DNA of 64,000 bases from contig CP066686.1 in the NCBI GenBank assembly GCA_016432365.1, forward strand, positions 474,906-538,905. Direction: 5' to 3'. The notes beneath the pieces are model-generated. The model did no database searches. It had not been told where the DNA came from and worked only from the letters and a program-made list of their open reading frames with translations. This document shows positions 57,389 through 64,000 of this stretch, one piece after another (the first letter of the stretch is position 1; each line of letters opens with the position of its first letter). Source of the stretch: Candidatus Woesebacteria bacterium. GTDB lineage: Bacteria; Patescibacteriota; Microgenomatia; UBA8517. Both the position numbers and the translations under genes were made by a program.

Positions 57389-58429
57389 TTAAATACCGCC
57401 TAATTTAATCTGCTCTTTTATCCAGGGGATTACTTCATCGAGCATTTGACTCAAGGTTGTTTTTGCCTCGTAGCCCAACATTTTTTTCGCTTTACGGGTA
57501 TCCGGGACTCTTTTTTGAACATCATATAAAAAGGCTTCGTCCGAAACATAATGAAATGGTTTGTTTCCGTTTACTTTTTTCCAAATGGCTTTTGCAAGCT
57601 GTAAAACTGAAGTTGCTTCGTTGGTGGAAAGGTTGAAATCTTCGTTCTTGGCCTTAGGTGAGAAAGTTGCTGTGACAATTCCTTTTGCCAGGTCCGTCCC
57701 ATATGTGTAGCAACGAATTTGGTTCCCTTTGCCCAGTATGTGTAAAGGGTCTTGCCCCGCCAACACTTTTTGTACAAGATCTGGAACGACATGGCTCATT
57801 GCAAGTTTCACATTTCCGCTTTTTATCTCAACTTCATTTTTAGCCCGCTTTTCGCCGATTCCAACACAATTAAAAGGGCGGAGTATTGTGTAAGGGAGCT
57901 TGTATTGTTCCCATGCGCCTTTGCAGAAATATTCACAGGCCAGCTTTTGAAAACCATAGGTAGATTTGGGTGGAGGGGTTTTTTCAATTATATTTTCGGG
58001 GGTGGGGTATACATTCGTAGACTCAAATACCATACTACTGCTTAAAACCACTATTTTTTTGAGTTTACCATTCTTATGGGCGTCAATTGCCGCATCGAAT
58101 GTGGAGGCTAAGATTCGTTCATTTTCGGCTAACAGGTCGTAGGCAAATTTGTGAAAGTAGGTGATCCCCCCTATCATGGCCGCAAGGGCCACAATATAGT
58201 CGCAATCTTTAGCGATCTTGGTCAAAAATTTTGTATCCTTTACATCATGAACATAAAGCTTGTAGTTTGGGTGATTGTCGTAGCTTTTTTTAACCTTTCC
58301 ATATTTGGAGTAATTATCTATACCGATTACTGTATGCCCTTGATCTAAGAATTCCTGAACAAGATAACCGCCGATAAATCCGGCAGACCCTGTTATCAAT
58401 ATTTTTTGAGGTTGAATAGGCTTGGCCAC
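57389..58429 (-). CDS. Extended SDR nucleotide-sugar epimerase/dehydratase (possibly a UDP-uronate decarboxylase)
   Basis: TGSAGFIG, AAMIGGI, SSSMVFE, YGFQK, RPFNCVG and SHVVPDL motifs. Start set at GTG 58429. Confidence 0.85.
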   Translation of the reverse strand: MAKPIQPQKILITGSAGFIGGYLVQEFLDQGHTVIGIDNYSKYGKVKKSYDNHPNYKLYVHDVKDTKFLTKIAKDCDYIVALAAMIGGITYFHKFAYDLLAENERILASTFDAAIDAHKNGKLKKIVVLSSSMVFESTNVYPTPENIIEKTPPPKSTYGFQKLACEYFCKGAWEQYKLPYTILRPFNCVGIGEKRAKNEVEIKSGNVKLAMSHVVPDLVQKVLAGQDPLHILGKGNQIRCYTYGTDLAKGIVTATFSPKAKNEDFNLSTNEATSVLQLAKAIWKKVNGNKPFHYVSDEAFLYDVQKRVPDTRKAKKMLGYEAKTTLSQMLDEVIPWIKEQIKLGGI

Positions 58430-58435
58430 GGTGCT

Positions 58436-58464
58436 ATTATGCACCCATGGGTCTTGCGAGTCAA
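58436..58464 (-). promoter_or_regulatory. Sigma70-like promoter for a leaderless transcript
   Basis: On the minus strand: TTGACT-N17-CATAAT, then 6 nt, then GTG 58429. Confidence 0.65.
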
Positions 58465-58471
58465 TGTAAAA

Positions 58472-59137
58472 ATGGTACACGGTAATTCAAATTTCGACCA
58501 AAAGTATTACAGGAGGTTTTTTGATAAATATACAAAATCTGAATTTGACACATACGTCAACTGGGCCGATGGTTGGATCCGCTTTTTGGACAGATATTTA
58601 GATATCAAAAAAGGCAACAGGAGAAAGCTTCACGAGTTGGGGGCCTCACTGGGATATTTTTCAAGGATTTTTAAAGACAGGGGATTTAATGTATCGGCAA
58701 GCGACATTTCTTCGTTTATAGTTGGTAAGGCAGGTAGGATCCAAAAAGATATTAAGTTTTTCAAATTCGACGTGGAAAAGGATAAGACTGAAAAAAAGTA
58801 CGATTTTATAGTGGCATTTGAGGTCCTTGAGCATCTTGAAAACCCCGAAAAATCCCTAAAAAATATTAAGAGAATGCTAAAAAAGGGCGGAACTTTTGTT
58901 TTTTCTACTCCGTTCCCTACAAAAAGATCACTTGCCGACCCAACACATATTAATGTCCATCCGGCCTCTTGGTGGGTAAAAACCGGTAAATTGGTAGGTT
59001 TTTCCAAAACAAAAGTGATTTATGCGACTTTTGTCCCCTTCCTGTATAGAATAAGCAAATATTTTAGTATTGGATTTCCGATTAAAACGAACCTTCCCTA
59101 TGTTAACAGTACCTGCTTCCTTATATTTGAAAAATAA
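58472..59137 (+). CDS. Class I SAM-dependent methyltransferase
   Basis: ELGASLG, ASDIS, FEVLEHL, LKKGG.FVFSTP and DPTHIN motifs. Start set at ATG 58472. Confidence 0.85.
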   Translation: MVHGNSNFDQKYYRRFFDKYTKSEFDTYVNWADGWIRFLDRYLDIKKGNRRKLHELGASLGYFSRIFKDRGFNVSASDISSFIVGKAGRIQKDIKFFKFDVEKDKTEKKYDFIVAFEVLEHLENPEKSLKNIKRMLKKGGTFVFSTPFPTKRSLADPTHINVHPASWWVKTGKLVGFSKTKVIYATFVPFLYRISKYFSIGFPIKTNLPYVNSTCFLIFEK

Positions 59138-59143
59138 GTCACA

Positions 59144-62100
59144 ATGAAAAAACTTTTGAATAAAGATTGGATTATTTACGTTTTGTATGTTGTAGTAGCC
59201 TTGGTTGGTATATGGTTTCTTACTAAGACCTGGATGCCTGCGGGTTATGTTGTTGCAGGCCACGATTCAGGATTGGCTCTCAATGCCGAAAGTTTTTTAA
59301 AAACTCGCTTTTTTGCTTGGGATGACCGAATTGATTTTGGTGCTGACAACTCGCCTCATTTTGGGAGCATCATGCTGCATTTGATTGATCGAATACTGTC
59401 GATCTTTGCTCCCGGGTTGTTTGCAGGTACTCGTTTCGCAGTGTTTTTTTGGTTGGGTATACTTTTTATTTTTTCGTCAGTGTTTTCATATTCGTTGAAA
59501 CAAAAGCTTGGGCGGCTGGTTCCTTATTTTTTCCCGGTATTTTTAACTTTTAACTTTTTTATTTTTCAGTCTATTTTTATTTTGGAGAGAGCCAAATACG
59601 AAATTGTTTGCGTTATTCTCCTTTTTTTGACTTTTGCACTAAAGATATTATTCGATAAGACAAAATCGATTCTCGGAAATTCCATCATTTTTTCACTTGT
59701 CTTTTCTGTGTTTAATGGTGGTAGTTGGCTAGGCCTACCTCTCTATGGCGGTTTGTTTGTAACCGGTTTGGTGTATCTTTTTTTTGCTGTCATTATGGCA
59801 AGGCGTGAAAGAGATGTGTCTCTTTTTAAAAGGGCGTTGATTTTCAATATCCTGAATATCGCCTTTTTTGTTTTACTTAATTTATATTCGATTTTGCCAT
59901 TTGTTACTACTTTAGTAAGTTCTGATTATGCTAAGGTTGTGGGAACAGCGACGATTTCTGCCGGTAAAGAATGGCTGGTTTATATAAGTAGGGGTTCATT
60001 TTTTATTAACTTATTTAGACTTCAGGGAGTTCCTGATTGGTATTTGACTGGCGGGTTACCAAATCCGGAAATCTCGTATGCCTCTATTTATTTAACCAAC
60101 AGGTTTTTAACCTTGATCAGTTTCGCGTTTCCGATATTGGCATTTTCAGGGATATTGTTTGCTAAAAGCAAAACTGAGAAGTATATAATTTCTTTTTTTG
60201 CTATCTTGTTGTTAGCCTCTATGTTTTTTACCTCAGGGACCAATTCACCGTTGGGTTTTATCTATGTTTTTTTGTATGAAAGAATTCCCGGCTTTTCAAT
60301 TTTTAGATCTCCTTATTTTAAATTTGCCAGCTCGTTTATAATTTCTTATTCTGTTTTCCTTGCATATTCGTTATCAAAACTGGGGGAATTTATATATACA
60401 AAGGCCAATGTTGGGTTTTTGTCTCGACTGAAGGTGTTATCTTTTGTAATAACTCCGCTTTTTGTATTAGTTGTAGTCGGGAGCTGGTTATCCTACAATT
60501 TCATCATTTTTGATAGTAACTATTTATTTAAATGGCAACCTGATAAAAGTACACTTGTAACAGTTCCTGAGTATGCAGTCGAATTTGATCAATGGTTAAA
60601 ACTTACCAATTTTAATGGCAGGGCGCTAATTGTCCCGGCATTCGATGGGGAATTTGGGAATGATAACTACACTTGGGGATATTGGAGTCTCTCCCCCCTA
60701 CCATCCGTGTTGTTTTCCAATGGTTCTTTTGTTGTCAACGACGCTTCCAACAACCCCGTCGAATCAGACATCGTAAACAAACTTTACGTGCTTTTATTGA
60801 AAAAAGATCCCGCTTTTTTTGATTATTCAAAAAAACTTGGAATAAAGTACTTCTTTTTGAGAGAGGACTACCTTGCCCAGGACAGCAATTTGAAAGAAGA
60901 GTACGTCAGAATTATAAAGAATCTTGCCGACCTTGGAAGTCTAAGGCTTGTCAAAAATGTTGGGCCTTGGTCGCTCTATGAGATTGCCGAGGATGGGCCT
61001 GATGGGACGTTTAGACTTGTCAGCACATTTTTTTCAATCCCCGAAGATCACGCATATCTATCAAAAGAAATTACAATCCCAAAATATATAAATGGTGACT
61101 GGATTGTTCAGGAAAACACCGGCCCCTTGGGGTTTAAGAATCTCGTTTCTCAGGAATTTTTTCCCTTAGATTGCAACTCCTGTTTAGTCGAAAATTTAGG
61201 GAGACACGCGGATTATCCTCCCGTAAGAGTCCTGCCCAATTCTCCTTTTTATGTGATAAAAGAAAAAAGAAATGAAAAAATTTTACTAAATGCTATAGAC
61301 GAGAATTCCAAACTCGCCGCTTATCTGGGCTTAATGATGACGAAGCTAAGCGAAGTCAGGTCAATGGTCGATTTGAAGATTGACAAGAAATATGTAAACC
61401 GTGGTTTAAACGATATAAATAGTTATTTATTAAATATAAACAAAATAATTTCCACCTCAGCTTCACTGAAATCTGATTTTTATTTTGCATCTAAGATTTA
61501 CGAGTCTGTTAATCCGGTTCAGCGGTATTTTAGAGACTATATAAATAATTCGAATTTTGTCTTTGAAAAATCGGAGACAAAAGATAGTATGTTTAAAATA
61601 CTTTGGCAGAGCTTGTTGTTAAAAAAGCAATTTGATGGTTTGGTTGCTGGAAACGAGGATTGGCGTAAAGATAAAATTTACGACATAGATCTCCCGTCGG
61701 ATGGTCAGTACGGTTTTCTGATCGATGGAGCTACATTACCCAGCGACCACAAGGGGGGAGTTATCTATCCTTCAAATGTTAAATTAAGTACGGGTCAAAG
61801 TCTAAGCTTCGGGAGTAATCAGGGCGGACGTTGGATGTTTGTTGGCCCGGCAGAACTTCCTAAAACCGGTAAGCTTAGTTTAACCTTTCAAAATCTACCA
61901 GATTTGTCTCACATTACAAGTAAGGAACAAGTTGATTTCCCAACAGGAACACGCGGATGCCTAATCAGCAAGATCGACAATTTTAACAAATATAGAAATT
62001 ATGTTTTGACTTTATCTTCTGATGCATATTTACCGAACATGAGACTATATATCAAGGAGAACAGTCAACGCTATTTACTAACCGATGAGTTTTTGAGAGG

Positions 62101-62641
62101 AGATATTGAAGTTGATGTTTCGTTAAATCCGAATGGTGAACCGTTCAAATATTTCTTTGATCCTTCAATCGGAGCGAGCGAGCCAATGGTCTATGTTTGT
62201 AGGTACGACGGCGCTATTCCTCAAAATGTAAAAATAAACGTACTCGAGATTTTTAAACCCGAAATTTATGCAGTTAAGAACAATGCCGTTGATGTCGAAT
62301 CGGCGCAAATCATTTACAAAAAAATCGATCCAACGAGGTATCAAATCACAACAGAAAAATTGAGCGGAGACATGGTTTTAGTTTTCAATCAGCTGTTTAA
62401 CAGTCAGTGGTATCTTATGGACAAAAGCGATATGTCGGTTATACACCCTTTTAAAGTTAATGGATACGAAAACGGCTGGTTACTGCCGGGAGGAAAGGCC
62501 TATGATCTATCATTGGTTTACCACCCTCAAGAGTTATTTGAAAAAGGTCTAAAGATTTCAGCATCAGTGGCGATAATACTTATTATTGTATATTTGAGAT
62601 TAACATTTCGCATAAATGTAAAAAATAAAAATGAAAATTAA
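59144..62641 (+). CDS. Large AftD/DUF3367-like GT-C glycosyltransferase with a long extracytoplasmic region
   Basis: N-terminal 'GHD......F..RFFAW....FG' and 'IFRSPYFKF' motifs, about 13 TMs, about 650 aa soluble region, and a YfhO-like end 'DPTRY...VFNQ.F...W...H..VNGYENGW...Y.PQ'. Confidence 0.7.
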   Translation: MKKLLNKDWIIYVLYVVVALVGIWFLTKTWMPAGYVVAGHDSGLALNAESFLKTRFFAWDDRIDFGADNSPHFGSIMLHLIDRILSIFAPGLFAGTRFAVFFWLGILFIFSSVFSYSLKQKLGRLVPYFFPVFLTFNFFIFQSIFILERAKYEIVCVILLFLTFALKILFDKTKSILGNSIIFSLVFSVFNGGSWLGLPLYGGLFVTGLVYLFFAVIMARRERDVSLFKRALIFNILNIAFFVLLNLYSILPFVTTLVSSDYAKVVGTATISAGKEWLVYISRGSFFINLFRLQGVPDWYLTGGLPNPEISYASIYLTNRFLTLISFAFPILAFSGILFAKSKTEKYIISFFAILLLASMFFTSGTNSPLGFIYVFLYERIPGFSIFRSPYFKFASSFIISYSVFLAYSLSKLGEFIYTKANVGFLSRLKVLSFVITPLFVLVVVGSWLSYNFIIFDSNYLFKWQPDKSTLVTVPEYAVEFDQWLKLTNFNGRALIVPAFDGEFGNDNYTWGYWSLSPLPSVLFSNGSFVVNDASNNPVESDIVNKLYVLLLKKDPAFFDYSKKLGIKYFFLREDYLAQDSNLKEEYVRIIKNLADLGSLRLVKNVGPWSLYEIAEDGPDGTFRLVSTFFSIPEDHAYLSKEITIPKYINGDWIVQENTGPLGFKNLVSQEFFPLDCNSCLVENLGRHADYPPVRVLPNSPFYVIKEKRNEKILLNAIDENSKLAAYLGLMMTKLSEVRSMVDLKIDKKYVNRGLNDINSYLLNINKIISTSASLKSDFYFASKIYESVNPVQRYFRDYINNSNFVFEKSETKDSMFKILWQSLLLKKQFDGLVAGNEDWRKDKIYDIDLPSDGQYGFLIDGATLPSDHKGGVIYPSNVKLSTGQSLSFGSNQGGRWMFVGPAELPKTGKLSLTFQNLPDLSHITSKEQVDFPTGTRGCLISKIDNFNKYRNYVLTLSSDAYLPNMRLYIKENSQRYLLTDEFLRGDIEVDVSLNPNGEPFKYFFDPSIGASEPMVYVCRYDGAIPQNVKINVLEIFKPEIYAVKNNAVDVESAQIIYKKIDPTRYQITTEKLSGDMVLVFNQLFNSQWYLMDKSDMSVIHPFKVNGYENGWLLPGGKAYDLSLVYHPQELFEKGLKISASVAIILIIVYLRLTFRINVKNKNEN

Positions 62642-62999
62642 CACACAACACTTAAATGTTTTGCTAGATGCTTATTTGGAACGTATTTTGGTGTGGACAA
62701 GAACAAACCGCCTCCGTGTCGTTCTCTTTGTATTAATAGTATCAATGTTGTCTACTTTTTCCTGGTTGCCATATTTTAATCTGATATTTATAAAAGAAAC
62801 AGTTATTTTTCTGACCTTGTTAAGTCTATATGTAATATTCAGAGTTGATTGGAAGGCGATAATGTATGTTTGTTTCGGTTTATTTGTAATCTCTTACTTT
62901 TTTGATTTGTTTGGCATGTTGCCTTTGTCGGAGCTAATCGGTAGTTATATTTATGGTTTTATGGTTTTAATTGTAATTAAATTTACTTCTTCAATTTAG
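62631..62999 (+). CDS. Small multi-TM membrane protein
   Basis: 122 aa with 3-4 hydrophobic helices; overlaps the upstream stop codon. Confidence 0.6.
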   Translation: MKINTQHLNVLLDAYLERILVWTRTNRLRVVLFVLIVSMLSTFSWLPYFNLIFIKETVIFLTLLSLYVIFRVDWKAIMYVCFGLFVISYFFDLFGMLPLSELIGSYIYGFMVLIVIKFTSSI

Positions 63000-63009
63000 T
63001 ATAATTAGG

Positions 63010-63177
63010 ATGATGAAAATTATTGTATTGGGAATTTTAGGATTATGCTTCTTGGGTTTTGTTCTTGTGGGAGCCATATTGTTTTTTGGGCACGCCGGGT
63101 TGGGGATCAAAGCCGCAAATTATCTATTCATTTTCCTATGTTTTGGAGTTGCCTTTAAATATCTTTTTTATGAATAG
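63010..63177 (+). CDS. 55-aa two-TM microprotein (absent from the ORF track)
   Basis: Hand-translated: MMKIIVLGILGLCFLGFVLVGAILFFGHAGLGIKAANYLFIFLCFGVAFKYLFYE*. TATAAT at 63000-63005; the stop overlaps the next start. Confidence 0.55.
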   Translation: MMKIIVLGILGLCFLGFVLVGAILFFGHAGLGIKAANYLFIFLCFGVAFKYLFYE

Positions 63178-64000
63178 GTATTTCAAAATTTTGTTCTATA
63201 TTCTTCTGATTTTAATTCCCTCTTTATTTGTTTTTATGTCCTTTTTCAAGAATCTTCATTTGTCTTGGGGGGATGCTCCGTATTTTTACTCAGAAAGATT
63301 GAAGGAACTTAATTCGGGGCTTTCTATTTGGTCCCAAAATGGTACCGATTTTGGTGGAAGGAATCTTGCTCTTTGGCTTTCTCCGATAATGGTGGTTTAT
63401 GGAGCTTTCAACAAGTATCTAGGATTTGGGAATGATGTTATTGTCAGAATCCTTTTTTATTTTCCTTCCGTAATACTTGCAGGACTCGGTCCTTATTTTT
63501 TAACCAGATATCTAAAGTTGTCAAAAACTGTACAATTCTTTTCTTCATTGTTTTATCTTTTAAATACTTATTTTATTTTATTGATAGATGGCGGACAGGT
63601 TGGCATAGCTCTAAGCTATGGTGTATTTCCTTTTGTAATACTATTTTGGAAAAAGTTTTTTGACGGTTATTCAACCCATAAGTTTGCCGTTGCGTTTTTT
63701 GCGACTGTAGCACTTTGTTACATTGATCCCCGCATTGCAATCATATCTTTTTTGGTGATTTTTTTGTGGCAAATTTTAGAAGGCCGGGTTATAAATTTGC
63801 TTTGGTTAATATTGGCCGGAATACTTTTAATTCCCATTAACGCTTCCTGGCTCTTGCCGATAATTAAAGGTGGAGGGGGAGGGCTTAGTACCTCAGTTAC
63901 AGATCTTCAACTTTCGTCGCTTCTTAATTCTCTGTTTCTGTTTGCGCCACACTGGCCGTCTAACATTTTTGGTAAAGTGGTTCAGCCATTCTTTTACTTC
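63170..64000 (+). CDS. AftD-like GT-C glycosyltransferase (3'-partial; absent from the ORF track)
   Basis: Hand-translated: MNRYFKILFYILLILIPSLFVFMSFFKNLHLSWGDAPYF...IW.....FGG...LLNTYFILLIDGGQVGIALSY.... Appears open to the window end. Confidence 0.7.
   Translation, partial: MNRYFKILFYILLILIPSLFVFMSFFKNLHLSWGDAPYFYSERLKELNSGLSIWSQNGTDFGGRNLALWLSPIMVVYGAFNKYLGFGNDVIVRILFYFPSVILAGLGPYFLTRYLKLSKTVQFFSSLFYLLNTYFILLIDGGQVGIALSYGVFPFVILFWKKFFDGYSTHKFAVAFFATVALCYIDPRIAIISFLVIFLWQILEGRVINLLWLILAGILLIPINASWLLPIIKGGGGGLSTSVTDLQLSSLLNSLFLFAPHWPSNIFGKVVQPFFYF

Noticed and set aside
56053-58480. Long N-terminal extensions in the ORF track (56053, 58480, 58406; similarly 28188, 39782, 53007)
   Set aside because: They run through promoter-like sequences or neighbouring genes; downstream starts fit the domain boundaries better.
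58-59263. Dozens of 60-146 aa alternative-frame and antisense ORFs in the track
   Set aside because: Nearly all lie within or opposite well-supported genes and show no motifs; these are shadow ORFs expected in AT-rich TM-coding DNA.
1-64000. CRISPR array, tRNA/rRNA, integrase or transposase, DGR, and poly-A/T phase-variation tracts
   Set aside because: No repeat-spacer periodicity, RNA-gene signatures, or recombinase/RT motifs were seen. A/T runs of 8-9 nt are expected at this base composition, and no frameshifted gene was evident.

Overview
This 64-kb, low-GC window is almost entirely one very large cell-surface glycosylation locus, and it runs off both ends. It encodes about 19 multi-pass GT-C-fold (lipid-phosphate-sugar-dependent) glycosyltransferases: PTPS-related/YfhO-like, GT87-like, ArnT/PMT-like, PIG-V-like, AftD-like and STT3-like types. 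It also encodes 3 polyprenyl-phosphate sugar synthases, 3 other GT2s, 6 GT4s, a Wzx flippase, 6 SAM methyltransferases, an AsnB amidotransferase and several nucleotide-sugar enzymes. Gene content and style (heptamer coding repeats, DUF5667-like gene, leaderless starts) suggest a CPR/Patescibacteria, probably Microgenomates-like, genome; this is inference. No rRNA, tRNA, CRISPR array or transposase was seen. Three signals stand out beyond the gene list. (i) Three GC-rich, hairpin-forming insertions of 33, 108 and 135 nt are each flanked by a 4-5 nt direct repeat and are each a multiple of three, so they read in frame; the 108-nt one resembles a miniature IS200/IS605 derivative. (ii) Many apparent transcription units have a -10 box 6-8 nt before the start codon, including a symmetric 20-bp bidirectional promoter. 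(iii) Four convergent gene pairs interlock their stop codons within 4 bp. All family calls rest on motif recognition by eye, not on database searches.
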